A DNA stretch of 24,087 nt from a virus (taxonomy: Duplodnaviria > Caudoviricetes), in the IMG/VR virus record IMGVR_UViG_3300025502_001857, positions 1 through 24,087 of that record; one strand, 5' to 3'. The notes under the pieces were generated by a model, which did no database searches, was not told the DNA's origin, and saw only the letters and a list, made by a program, of their open reading frames with translations. Positions 8,986-18,187 of the stretch are shown here, piece by piece (position 1 is the stretch's first letter; each line of letters starts with the position of its first letter). A program made the position numbers and the translations under genes.

Positions 8986-9612
8986 CTACTGTTTTTTAAT
9001 AAATTGATACAGTTCTTCTGCAATTAACTCGTGTCCTTTTTGGTTGGGATGATACTTGTTGGGTGTTATGTATTCATTGTCCTGAAACTTCGTTAGTTCT
9101 AATGTTCTGGTATTTGTATCAGCACCGAACATTTCTGTTGCACTTTTTGGTAAAAACTTTGTTTTATCTATGCCGTAGTATTTCCAATCAATATTGGTCC
9201 ACCCTTCCATATAATAGTCATGATACCCACGTTCTTTGCACATTTTTTGCAATGCCAAAACACACAAGTTTGCTTTGTGATAATCCAGCTGGTCTGATTG
9301 AACCTCACCAAAATAAAACTTAGTCAACGAACTTCTATCACCTGTGGGTCTTAGTATTTTTTCTTCTCCGTCTTTAAAATACAGGTATCTTGTTGGATTG
9401 GTAATAAAGAATACACAGACACAATCGTTTAACTCTGTTGTTTTAATAAATCTATCTAGTTGTAGCACCAACGAATCAACTGTACTGCCTTGCTCTGCAC
9501 AATTTAAAAAGTTAACAGTGTCTAACTTTTTATGCAACAACTCTCCAAATGCTGTTTCGTGTTTGCCCAACTCTATGCCCACTGGCCAGCTATCACCCTT
9601 AATCTTTTTACG
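8986..9612 (-). CDS. SGNH/GDSL-like hydrolase with disrupted 5' end (possible pseudogene or non-canonical start)
   Basis: In-frame GDSWPVG (from 9597) starts upstream of the first GTG (9582); in-frame TGA at 9613-9615; C-terminal HPNQKGHELIA. Confidence 0.6.
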   Translation of the reverse strand, partial: RKKIKGDSWPVGIELGKHETAFGELLHKKLDTVNFLNCAEQGSTVDSLVLQLDRFIKTTELNDCVCVFFITNPTRYLYFKDGEEKILRPTGDRSSLTKFYFGEVQSDQLDYHKANLCVLALQKMCKERGYHDYYMEGWTNIDWKYYGIDKTKFLPKSATEMFGADTNTRTLELTKFQDNEYITPNKYHPNQKGHELIAEELYQFIKKQ

Positions 9613-10265
9613 TCATCTGGAAAAAAACATTCTTTGGTTTTTTCATACAACCATTTGTCTCTTAATTGTATTGATGATGTTCTTATTCTTTGTGCTGTTG
9701 GGTCTTTGGTAATCTTTTTTACTTTGATCATTACGTCTTCGAGAAATATGTATCTATCAACAGCCACAGCGAGGTCTTTGATGTAGGAATCCAAAAACCA
9801 ATGATGGAATTGTGGAGGCCAAAAATACCCAAGTGCATCACGCCATTGCCTGGCAACAGTAGGATGTGGACATGTTTGATGCTCTAATCCGTGCTCCTTA
9901 CCGGTTGCTGTGCCAATAGCAAATATGCCATCTGGATGTTTATTGAGCTGTTCTAAAAATATAAGATCCCACTCTGGTGTGACAAATTCAGCATCATCCC
10001 CGACCATTTTATACATTTTACTGTTTTCGTTCTCGGCCAACACATTCCAGCTCATCACCGTGCTACGGTCAACACCTATATCAACATTTCGTAGGTTGTG
10101 TTTTTTGTATGCATCCAAAGCAGGATCATCATCATTGAGATAGAATTTAACTTTAATAAGGTCAGGATATCTAGCAGTGTCGTAGGCCGATTGTTCCATT
10201 CGTTTTGCAAGATCAGGCCGGCCTCTGCTGGGACAACAGATGATTATATTATTTTCTGTGGACAT
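9573..10265 (-). CDS. GT-A fold glycosyltransferase (GT2-like)
   Basis: IICCPSRGRP N-terminus, YLNDDD, MVGDDAEF (DxD-like), WFLD acceptor region. Confidence 0.75.
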   Translation of the reverse strand: MSTENNIIICCPSRGRPDLAKRMEQSAYDTARYPDLIKVKFYLNDDDPALDAYKKHNLRNVDIGVDRSTVMSWNVLAENENSKMYKMVGDDAEFVTPEWDLIFLEQLNKHPDGIFAIGTATGKEHGLEHQTCPHPTVARQWRDALGYFWPPQFHHWFLDSYIKDLAVAVDRYIFLEDVMIKVKKITKDPTAQRIRTSSIQLRDKWLYEKTKECFFPDDVKRLRVIAGQWA

Positions 10266-10899
10266 TGTGTTTGGTATAGATGCAGTCTCTGGTTATTTTA
10301 ACTGCTCTTTGGTAGCCCAATTCTACTAACAACTTATGACTGTCGTTTTTTTTGTAACCGTATGCTTCGGAATTCAACACACATCTTTCTATAATGATCA
10401 CAGGTGAGCATCTTTCTAATGTTTTCCTTGCTCCATTGAGCACTGGTATTTCAAGCCCTTCCACATCAATTTTAAGCACATCGATAACATCGTAGTTGTG
10501 TTCGTCTAGAGTTTTTAACACAATATCGCCCTCATCGCTGGGCCATACTCTCGTGGAACCTAGATGTTCTTCTATGGCCACAGCAAGTTTTCCTCTGCCG
10601 GGTTTGTCTGCAAGACCGTATTCGTTGAGTGTGATGTTTGTTTTGTCTTTGGTATTAATTTTAAAACATTCAATGTTGTAATCAGCAGGTTCAAATGCTG
10701 TGACATGTTCAAAAATATCTGCGTAATATTTAGACCATCTGCCTACATTTCCTCCCACATCAACCATGTGTTTTTTGCCTACAGATCTTTTTAGAACTTC
10801 TTCGTGTATTTTATCATCGTGCTCTTTAACATTTCCGCCTGTGTGATGTACTGGATCGTCACCATCTGGAATATAGTAGCCGTCATCTAATAGCTTCAT
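10249..10899 (-). CDS. FkbM-family SAM-dependent methyltransferase
   Basis: VDVGGNVG, AFEP, LKIDVEGLE..VLNGA, PVIIIE. Confidence 0.92.
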   Translation of the reverse strand: MKLLDDGYYIPDGDDPVHHTGGNVKEHDDKIHEEVLKRSVGKKHMVDVGGNVGRWSKYYADIFEHVTAFEPADYNIECFKINTKDKTNITLNEYGLADKPGRGKLAVAIEEHLGSTRVWPSDEGDIVLKTLDEHNYDVIDVLKIDVEGLEIPVLNGARKTLERCSPVIIIERCVLNSEAYGYKKNDSHKLLVELGYQRAVKITRDCIYTKHNVHRK

Positions 10900-10904
10900 A
10901 CAAG

Positions 10905-11537
10905 TTATATATAGAATTCTCTGTTGGAGGTTAATGAATCTTGATTGTTGTGTGTAACTGCTCGCGGGCTGACCACTTGTATGTTACAGTACATGTCCTT
11001 CACGAACATATCCGCGGCAGTCAATCCTTCTTCGTATGCTCCTCGGATCAATCGTTTGGCTGTTGTTGGTTTGATCACATAGCCATATGTGCCTTGCAAT
11101 TGCCGTTCACCTTTGCGATAGTGTTCTAATTTTTCCACGTAAGGCTCTCGTCCTAGCTCTGGATCAGGTTCTATAAATCTGTGTTTGTCTAAATGCAGTA
11201 ACTCATCAAACGGAGTTTTCCAAGTGTCTGAAACCACAACAGAGTCGTGCTCTAGTATTACCACAGTTTCGTTCAATGCAACACATTTTTTCCACATTTC
11301 TAAATGCGAAATCATACAACCTCTCACTCCGCCTTTGCTCCATTTTATTTTGTATAATTTAGGACCCGGTGTATATGGTTTTAAATTTTCACGTTTGATA
11401 TATTCGTCTGCACGAGAAGGCACATACCCTTCAAATAATTCTGCATCCAATCCGTGTGATTTGGCAGAAGTCAATGCCTGTTGTGCCAGAGTATGGGTGC
11501 TCTCAACTTCCTTTAAAAATAATATAAACGCTTTCAT
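10905..11537 (-). CDS. Glycosyltransferase family 25-like
   Basis: KAFILFL, GCMISHLEMWKKC, ILEHD, GTYGYVIKP..AKRL, AD. Confidence 0.85.
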   Translation of the reverse strand: MKAFILFLKEVESTHTLAQQALTSAKSHGLDAELFEGYVPSRADEYIKRENLKPYTPGPKLYKIKWSKGGVRGCMISHLEMWKKCVALNETVVILEHDSVVVSDTWKTPFDELLHLDKHRFIEPDPELGREPYVEKLEHYRKGERQLQGTYGYVIKPTTAKRLIRGAYEEGLTAADMFVKDMYCNIQVVSPRAVTHNNQDSLTSNREFYI

Positions 11538-11562
11538 TGTGTTGTGTAATTATTGAAATATA

Positions 11563-11835
11563 TCAAACAGCCCGACGCTTATGGATCGGTCCACTGAGTG
11601 CAAACAGTGTGAGGTCGCTGGGTTCTTCAAAACCAACCACAGTGGTTGGGTCAATCTTGTCTTTATTGTATTTAATTTGTTTAACAACAGCAAACCTGCT
11701 GTAGCAGTTTTGGTAGATCCAACGAGCCAGTATATCTATTTCACCATCATTTTTAAATCCTATATCCATGGTGGCGAAATGTGGTGGCAGAGTTATTAAT
11801 TTTCTAGGATGAAAATTACGTGGATTAATCTTCAT
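11563..11835 (-). CDS. Hypothetical phage protein
   Basis: 90 aa ORF overlapping the end of the VWA gene, co-oriented; VGFEEPSDLTLFAL. Confidence 0.7.
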   Translation of the reverse strand: MKINPRNFHPRKLITLPPHFATMDIGFKNDGEIDILARWIYQNCYSRFAVVKQIKYNKDKIDPTTVVGFEEPSDLTLFALSGPIHKRRAV

Positions 11836-13063
11836 AGGTCACTGTTAATCCAAACGGAGCCTCTATGTTTCTCTCATACTTGTTGTTGATCAAGAACACA
11901 GTGTCACAGTAGTCAGGGTCACCCCAACTGTCAAACGGCCATCCGTCTGTGAACATTATAAACTTCTTAGGCTCTATGCCTTCTGCTTTCATAAATTCCC
12001 AATTACATTCAAACTCGGTACCGCCACCTGACCCTAACACATAGTCTTCGATTTCGTCTGCATTGTCTGGCGTAAACACCTGTGGATTAAACACAGCAGT
12101 ATCAAATGACCATAAATGTATTCTAAAGTCTTTATACTGCTCCATTATGCCTCGTACTTCTGATAGAAATTCTCGACACATGTCTTCCGAGATAGAACCC
12201 GAAGCATCCAGTGCTAGACATATATCAATCTTGTCTGTGTTGATCATGCCTGGCAGTATGGCATCCATGTGCCAGCTTCTTCTCGAGGGTCTCATAAATG
12301 TGTAGTCTGACTTCATTGTAGAAACAATCTGTTGCTGTATAATTTCTCTCCAGTCCATTTTAGGTTCAGTTAATTCCTGAATCATTCTTTGGATGGCACC
12401 TGGTAGATTGCCAGCACCTGTGCTCTGTGCCGCTGAAATCATTGCTTCTTTCATTTCGTCTTTGATCTTCTTTAATTCTTCTTTGGTGTATTTTGGAGCA
12501 CCACCGCTTTTGCCTTTGCCTTTTTTGTCTTTGCCTTCAATGTTGCCCTGTGAATCTTTATCCCAATCAATGTGCTCATCCAACAGTTTGCCCAATTTGT
12601 CCAACATGGACTTGCCGTTCTTTTTTGCTTTCTTGTATAACTCGTCATAGATTGCCTCGGATGCAATGTCTCTGTATTTGTCATCCTGGAAACCTTTGTC
12701 TTTGCCTTTGTCGTCTTTGGGCATTTCACCAATCCTGTTGTCCACTAATATCTGATTCACAGCATAGTCTGCCGCGATGTTCCAAATCTGTGAGTCTCTC
12801 GTGCCGGCTCTCAATTGGAAATGATCAAACACACAATGCAGTACTTCGTGTCCAAAAAGAAATTCTGTTTCTCTTGGAGTTAGAGAATCAATAAAGTCTG
12901 TGTTGTAATAGAAGTGTTTGCCGTCTGTGGCCGCTGTAGGACACCAGTCATCGGCATTTACAATTTTAAGTCGAGTAGCTAGATTGCCAAAGAAAGGTTG
13001 TTTCAGTAGCAGTGCTATTCTTGCTGTGACCAGTTTGTCAATTATTTGTGCGTCTGTGGGCAT
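11825..13063 (-). CDS. Zincin-like metallopeptidase + VWA domain protein (DUF2201-like)
   Basis: PFFG, TAATDG, HEVLH (HExxH), WNIAADYAVN, MIDAS LDASGSI, GGGTEF, FTDG. Confidence 0.9.
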   Translation of the reverse strand: MPTDAQIIDKLVTARIALLLKQPFFGNLATRLKIVNADDWCPTAATDGKHFYYNTDFIDSLTPRETEFLFGHEVLHCVFDHFQLRAGTRDSQIWNIAADYAVNQILVDNRIGEMPKDDKGKDKGFQDDKYRDIASEAIYDELYKKAKKNGKSMLDKLGKLLDEHIDWDKDSQGNIEGKDKKGKGKSGGAPKYTKEELKKIKDEMKEAMISAAQSTGAGNLPGAIQRMIQELTEPKMDWREIIQQQIVSTMKSDYTFMRPSRRSWHMDAILPGMINTDKIDICLALDASGSISEDMCREFLSEVRGIMEQYKDFRIHLWSFDTAVFNPQVFTPDNADEIEDYVLGSGGGTEFECNWEFMKAEGIEPKKFIMFTDGWPFDSWGDPDYCDTVFLINNKYERNIEAPFGLTVTYED

Positions 13064-14163
13064 TATTTAGACTCCATAGCAGTTATGACGTACTTGCCAA
13101 ACTTCTTATGGAACCTATCGAATGATTTTAATTTGCTCGGATCAAAAGGTAACTGATAGTTGGTCAATGCAATCTTTGCTCCCATAACAACCAACTCTGT
13201 TTCAAAGTTGTCCATCATATAGTCAAAGAACCTGTCTGCCATGTCGTTCCAGTTTTTCTCTTTCTTCTCGTGTGCTTGTCTTAATTCATAACAGAGTGAT
13301 ACTGTCAAAGAATACATTGCTGATACTTCTTTGCATTTTAGATCTTTAACCTTACCGCTCAATATATCGGAAGGGTTAGGTAACTGACCGCTAATTTTAC
13401 GATGATTCATAAACTTAACGGCCAGGCCTTCTCCAACAGCGCCTGCAACGAGGTCAGTGAGCGTACTTTCTGGCAGGTCATCTGATAGAAGTTCTGATAC
13501 AAAACTCCAACTCCTAGGAGTAGCAAACGATCTCGATGCTCCCTTGGGGTCAAAGTCATATAAATCTTGTTTTGCGAAGGTCACATACCCCACAACGTCT
13601 GAGTGTACATAATTGTTGGTTGCCCAAATCATCCAGTCATCATAGTCCACTCTTAATTCCACGTGAACGAATCTGTTCGCTAATGGAGCCGGCATTCTGT
13701 ATGTGACACCTTTGTCAGCATCTCTGTTACCTGCCGCTACAATAGCAACACCTTTGGGTAGATGATACTGTCCAACTCGTCTGTTTAAAATCAACTGATA
13801 AGCCGCCGCTTGTACTGCCGGCGCCGCCGAGTTTAATTCATCTAGAAATATAATTGCTGTGGATTTAGGGTCAGTGGGTAATTCTGCCGGTGCCGCCCAA
13901 ACCATGTTGTTTTCTTTTTGGTTGTAATAAGGAATACCTTTGATGTCTGTGGGTTCCCAAAGAGGTAATCGAATGTCGATCACTGTTCTGTTCTGTTCTT
14001 CCCCTATCTGTTTAACTATGTCTGATTTACCAATACCTGGTGCACCCCACATCATTAATGGTCTTTGTAGTTTAAGACAATGTGCTAGAGCCGCTTTGGC
14101 TTCGTTGGGTGTTACTGTTCTGTTCTGACTACCAATTGTTGCTTGTTTTTCTTTTTTTACCAT
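13063..14163 (-). CDS. MoxR-like/AAA_5 AAA+ ATPase
   Basis: Walker A GAPGIGKS, Walker B IFLDELN, AAGN, LANRF, TPRSW; TAATG coupling to the VWA gene; GAGGAG SD. Confidence 0.92.
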   Translation of the reverse strand: MVKKEKQATIGSQNRTVTPNEAKAALAHCLKLQRPLMMWGAPGIGKSDIVKQIGEEQNRTVIDIRLPLWEPTDIKGIPYYNQKENNMVWAAPAELPTDPKSTAIIFLDELNSAAPAVQAAAYQLILNRRVGQYHLPKGVAIVAAGNRDADKGVTYRMPAPLANRFVHVELRVDYDDWMIWATNNYVHSDVVGYVTFAKQDLYDFDPKGASRSFATPRSWSFVSELLSDDLPESTLTDLVAGAVGEGLAVKFMNHRKISGQLPNPSDILSGKVKDLKCKEVSAMYSLTVSLCYELRQAHEKKEKNWNDMADRFFDYMMDNFETELVVMGAKIALTNYQLPFDPSKLKSFDRFHKKFGKYVITAMESK

Positions 14164-14198
14164 TTTTCGCTCCTCGTTTTAAAAATGTTTATAATACA

Positions 14199-14247
14199 AG
14201 TATAGCAGAATTGTGTTGCACGTCAACCTGACGATAAGTCGTTGATT
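14199..14247 (-). promoter_or_regulatory. Sigma70-type promoter (TTGACG-N16-TATACT, extended -10) with upstream IHF-consensus site
   Basis: -35 at 14221-14226, -10 at 14199-14204 preceded by TGC; AATCAACGACTTA at 14235-14247 matches WATCAANNNNTTR. Confidence 0.6.
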
Positions 14248-14643
14248 TTATTGGTTTTTCTTCTCGTCCATTTGGCTCATTGCACGAGCAAGACCGTATT
14301 TGGTGATGTCTCCAGCGAACATCATGAGCTGTAGAGCCATTCTTTCCAGAGTGACATATATCTGTTTCTTGTCCACATAATATGGACAATCCACAAATTC
14401 ATCCAGCCAAAGATAGGTCTGAGGAGTGAATATGATTTTGTCTGGAAACTTGATGGTGTAGGTTTTGATGTCCAATGTCTCCAGCATTTTTAGACCATCT
14501 CGAGTGAGTCTCAGTGAACGAGCTTGATAGGATTCTCTCACATTCTGCCACCAGGTGTAGTAGTTGTTCTTTATGCTCTCATCGTGTATGGGCTGTTCCA
14601 ACAGATCCATGAAAGTACGAGTGTAGGCAGTCTTGGTGTCCAT
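14248..14643 (-). CDS. Hypothetical phage protein
   Basis: 131 aa co-oriented ORF (WWQN..SLRLT..G..LDEFVDCPYY). Confidence 0.75.
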   Translation of the reverse strand: MDTKTAYTRTFMDLLEQPIHDESIKNNYYTWWQNVRESYQARSLRLTRDGLKMLETLDIKTYTIKFPDKIIFTPQTYLWLDEFVDCPYYVDKKQIYVTLERMALQLMMFAGDITKYGLARAMSQMDEKKNQ

Positions 14644-14651
14644 GCACTTAA

Positions 14652-14939
14652 TTATCGTCGGAATTTATCGCCTGTTTTTAATAGATACACACTGAACAGC
14701 TCAGTCTTGTGCTGTGCGTTCAATTTCTTGGCAAGGTTCTCTGCGTGTCCAGGATTGGAGAATGATACCTTCTTGTATTTGGGTCCTGGGTAGTTGGATA
14801 CCAGGCTGGAGCTCTTTAGGTTGATGGGTTTACCATCGTAAAACACTGCCCATATGCCCTCAGCGGCAAGAACTTCTTCTTGCTTGTAGGTTTCTTTATT
14901 GCTGATTGTCAACAGCACGGTGGGTTTTGGTCTGCTCAT
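14652..14939 (-). CDS. Hypothetical phage protein (MSRPKP...)
   Basis: 95 aa; WAVFYDGKPINLK...GPKYKKVSFSNPGHA recalled as a conserved large-phage hypothetical. Confidence 0.75.
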   Translation of the reverse strand: MSRPKPTVLLTISNKETYKQEEVLAAEGIWAVFYDGKPINLKSSSLVSNYPGPKYKKVSFSNPGHAENLAKKLNAQHKTELFSVYLLKTGDKFRR

Positions 14940-14990
14940 TTTCTAGCAGTATTTACCAAATATTACACGAGATGTGCTGTGCAACTAGTA

Positions 14991-16682
14991 CTAGTTTGTT
15001 CCGTGAACGATAATATGGTAGCGAGCAGTGTTACTGTAGTTGACGACAGTGTGATAATTTACAAGATTCATCTTATAAGCAACACCAGGTTTAAATACGA
15101 GCTCTCCGTGGTGTTCTAAATAAAATTTACATTCTTCTGGATGGTTAATAGCAATATTAATAGCACCTAATCGACTTTCTGTTTGATCCCTGTGTATGTT
15201 AATAAACCCTTTAGGTGCTAAACACATAACTCTTACTCTTTTAAAACTTTTAAAATTTAATGATTTTAAAAAATTTATAGTATTGGGCATGTGCTCGAGT
15301 GCTTCCTTGGTCCACACGTATGGTCGATTATCATTGTAATACTCATCTTCTCGAGTGGCATCAAAACTTTTTCCATGGATACAAAAACTGCTCCATCCTG
15401 TTCCTTCATTATCTCTGTGTGTTACTAAAAATTTTTTAATTTTTTGTATTTCGCTGTATATTTCGTCGGAGGGAACATTTAAATTAATTTTTTCGCAAGG
15501 GGGATCTTCATAAGGATTTAAAGGAGGATTGTTACAGCTTTTAATAAAACTTTTAGTGGCAGGTGATATAAGATTTTGCCAAGCATCTAAATTATTAGTA
15601 ATATAATTGTATTTAAAATTGATAATATTTGACAGATTTATTTCATGTAATTTAAAATTTTTTACACACTCTAGAATATTTTTGTTTTTGGTAATGATTT
15701 TTTTATTTTTTACAGTTTTCCATATTTCTTTAAAGGGTGTATTCCTGTATTTTTTTACTAAAAACTCAAAATTTTCATTAATTTTAGATATAACATTTTT
15801 TTTGTCTTTGAGCAACTCTACATTACTATTCTGCTCCTCTTTTAAATTGATATGAAAATGTTTTATTTTATTTCTAACGATAAAATCAAAGACCAACTGT
15901 CCAAAATTTTCTCCATCCCACTCTTTCAAGCAATGATTAATAAAGTCAAGCTGTACCACACTGATATCACAAATAGTAATATATTCGGCAGTTTGTAACA
16001 TCCATCCAATGCCGCCACCTGTGCATAAAATCTTATTAGTTTTTTTAACATCAATTTTTTCATTATTAAACACCCACAAGGTGTTCTCTATCATATCGAT
16101 ATATTCTTTAAAGGGATTCTCTACATCTTTATTTTTAAGATAAACTTTGTATTGTCTTAATTTTCTAGGGAAATTATTAAAGTAGTTACGTTCTATTAAA
16201 TATTCTGCAATTATATTTTGACCAAATTTACTTGTTTTTATAGTCTTATATCCGTCTTCACGCATCACAGTCAATGGAGTGTAATCGTGATGTATGTGTT
16301 GCTCAGAACATTTAAAATTAGGAAATAACAAGTCCTTTTTTTCGTTAAATGTGCCCAATAACATGGTTGATTCTATCAATAATGCTTGATCGTGCAGGTA
16401 TACTTCGTTAGTTTCTTTATTAAACACTAGATGACCTAATCCTGTTTTAAGCAGTGGAGCAGTTAATTCTTCAAAAAACTTGTTAATATCAGTAAAAACT
16501 GTGCCGGACTGGAGACAAAATACGTATTTTTTTAATAATTTAATGTTTTTAATATCGTTCCAGTGCGAGATATATCTAATGTCGCATGCGATGGGCTCTC
16601 CCCATTTATCAAATTTAATTGATCCAACAGTTTGATTAATATATTCTTTGCCACAGATAATAAATGTTGTATCCTGTATCAT
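14991..16682 (-). CDS. Multidomain protein with C-terminal aspartyl/asparaginyl beta-hydroxylase-like (2OG-Fe(II)) domain
   Basis: RVRVMCLAPKGFINIHRD (HxD), AINIAINHP, YHTVVN...RYHIIVH; N-terminal ~390 aa unassigned. Confidence 0.75.
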   Translation of the reverse strand: MIQDTTFIICGKEYINQTVGSIKFDKWGEPIACDIRYISHWNDIKNIKLLKKYVFCLQSGTVFTDINKFFEELTAPLLKTGLGHLVFNKETNEVYLHDQALLIESTMLLGTFNEKKDLLFPNFKCSEQHIHHDYTPLTVMREDGYKTIKTSKFGQNIIAEYLIERNYFNNFPRKLRQYKVYLKNKDVENPFKEYIDMIENTLWVFNNEKIDVKKTNKILCTGGGIGWMLQTAEYITICDISVVQLDFINHCLKEWDGENFGQLVFDFIVRNKIKHFHINLKEEQNSNVELLKDKKNVISKINENFEFLVKKYRNTPFKEIWKTVKNKKIITKNKNILECVKNFKLHEINLSNIINFKYNYITNNLDAWQNLISPATKSFIKSCNNPPLNPYEDPPCEKINLNVPSDEIYSEIQKIKKFLVTHRDNEGTGWSSFCIHGKSFDATREDEYYNDNRPYVWTKEALEHMPNTINFLKSLNFKSFKRVRVMCLAPKGFINIHRDQTESRLGAINIAINHPEECKFYLEHHGELVFKPGVAYKMNLVNYHTVVNYSNTARYHIIVHGTN

Positions 16683-16685
16683 TGT

Positions 16686-17477
16686 TTATATCAACGTTTT
16701 TACAAATTTTAAATTAGTTATGTCTTCTCTATGTCTTGCTACAGCTAATAATGGTGCAGAATACTCGTCAGTTTCTTCCCATTTTTTGATGTTATGATGT
16801 ATTAACCAACTGTCTTTGTATTCCTTAAACCATTTTTTAAACGAATTATCAAATTTTTTGGGTATAATATTTTTTGTAGCAATGAAAAATTTAGCTCTAA
16901 ATGTGATATGAGGTTTACAGAGATTGTTAACTCTGGTTTGATCGTTTGGTTCTTTATCCTGCCAGTACGTTGTGGGCTTCTTGCCTAATTCCGACCACGG
17001 AAGATAGATGTTATTTTTTTCAATATTATTTTCATAATACTCATTACAGTTGAATTTTTCAGTCAACGGTCCTTCTTTGATACCCCAGCCGACAACCAAC
17101 TGATCACTCTTTCCATGGGGTTCGTGAAAATGAATAGAATGATGAAATTTATAAAGTATTTCGTTATGTTGTTTTTTGGAAAGAACTTTGTGTGTTTCTT
17201 CGTACAGCCTGTGAAACTCGTTAAGTAGTGGTTGATCAATGAGTTCAAATTCTACAGGCTTAATTCCAGCAAACACACAGAACTCATTATAGATTGTTTT
17301 TAAATCACTCACATCACATTGTTTTGATTCGATGATATCGATAGGAACATTTTTCAGATGTTTAATTTTTTTAAACCATTTTTCTGCCACAATGGAGTCG
17401 TGCAGTTGATAATCCAAATCAATCTCTTGATTATTGTTATCTTTAAAGATTAGTTTAAAAGAATTATTTTTTACCAC
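16686..17477 (-). CDS. Hypothetical protein (AT-rich)
   Basis: Long ORF; probable start GTG 17477 or TTG 17480 after GGAG, rather than 17540. Confidence 0.7.
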   Translation of the reverse strand: MVKNNSFKLIFKDNNNQEIDLDYQLHDSIVAEKWFKKIKHLKNVPIDIIESKQCDVSDLKTIYNEFCVFAGIKPVEFELIDQPLLNEFHRLYEETHKVLSKKQHNEILYKFHHSIHFHEPHGKSDQLVVGWGIKEGPLTEKFNCNEYYENNIEKNNIYLPWSELGKKPTTYWQDKEPNDQTRVNNLCKPHITFRAKFFIATKNIIPKKFDNSFKKWFKEYKDSWLIHHNIKKWEETDEYSAPLLAVARHREDITNLKFVKTLI

Positions 17478-17718
17478 CAAACACTCCGCCGTCCATTTCA
17501 ATACTAACCGTTTGTGCTTGTTGAGCAGTTTTAAGAGCATCTATGATCTCTTCCTGTATGCCCACCAGTTTGGTCATGGTTTGACTGAGACTGTCAGATA
17601 ATCGCTCTGCATCTCGAAGTGTCAGGATGATCTGTTTGTCCTGACGAGCTTTAGCAGTGCGAACTCGACCAATAAAATCCTCAATTGGCTGTGTTTGTAG
17701 TTTGTTCTTTGATGGCAT
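17464..17718 (-). CDS. Hypothetical phage protein
   Basis: 84 aa helical ORF ending MDGGVFGGKK, overlapping upstream gene. Confidence 0.7.
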   Translation of the reverse strand: MPSKNKLQTQPIEDFIGRVRTAKARQDKQIILTLRDAERLSDSLSQTMTKLVGIQEEIIDALKTAQQAQTVSIEMDGGVFGGKK

Positions 17719-18187
17719 TGTTTAATGTTTGTTGCATTTCTATTTTGGTTTTAATAGGTCCTCGATAAGCATACCTCTGTAGTGTAATTACCTTGGGACA
17801 GTAGGCTTTCCTCCAGCCCTTCTCAAACTCAATGATGTAATAGCCTGCACAAAATTGACTCTTGGATTTGGGTGTTTTGGTATACATGGGCAACTGTTGC
17901 TGAACGTCGAACACAGGATTGTATGGTCGTTGGTTGACAGGAAATCCGTGCACCTCCCAATCTGTAGATTCTTCTACAGGGTGATCTGGTACTTGTATAT
18001 CGTTGGCAAATATGCCCTGTCCAAATTTCTCATACAGACTGTCTTGTGTGTGGAATATCTCTTTCTCCTGCTGTCTACTGAGAAAGATCCAACCGTTGGC
18101 GTCTTCTTTTTGTAGCGTGCCTAATTTTTGACCATTCTTTTCAATGATCCAAAATTTATCTTTTACTAGTGTTTTTGCATTTATCAT
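17681..18187 (-). CDS. Hypothetical phage protein
   Basis: Likely start MINAKTLVKDKFWII at 18187 (ATGA overlap with RNase H stop); LPMYTK..KS.FCAGYY..W...CPK..L.RY..GP. Confidence 0.75.
   Translation of the reverse strand: MINAKTLVKDKFWIIEKNGQKLGTLQKEDANGWIFLSRQQEKEIFHTQDSLYEKFGQGIFANDIQVPDHPVEESTDWEVHGFPVNQRPYNPVFDVQQQLPMYTKTPKSKSQFCAGYYIIEFEKGWRKAYCPKVITLQRYAYRGPIKTKIEMQQTLNNAIKEQTTNTAN

Noticed and set aside
12505-12722. Repeated CTTTGC/CTTTGT units
   Set aside because: Encode Lys/Gly/Asp low-complexity linkers in the VWA protein; not a DNA repeat array or CRISPR.
14189-14389. 66-aa minus ORF across the promoter region
   Set aside because: Out-of-frame overlap with 14248-14643 and runs through promoter elements; no coding signal.
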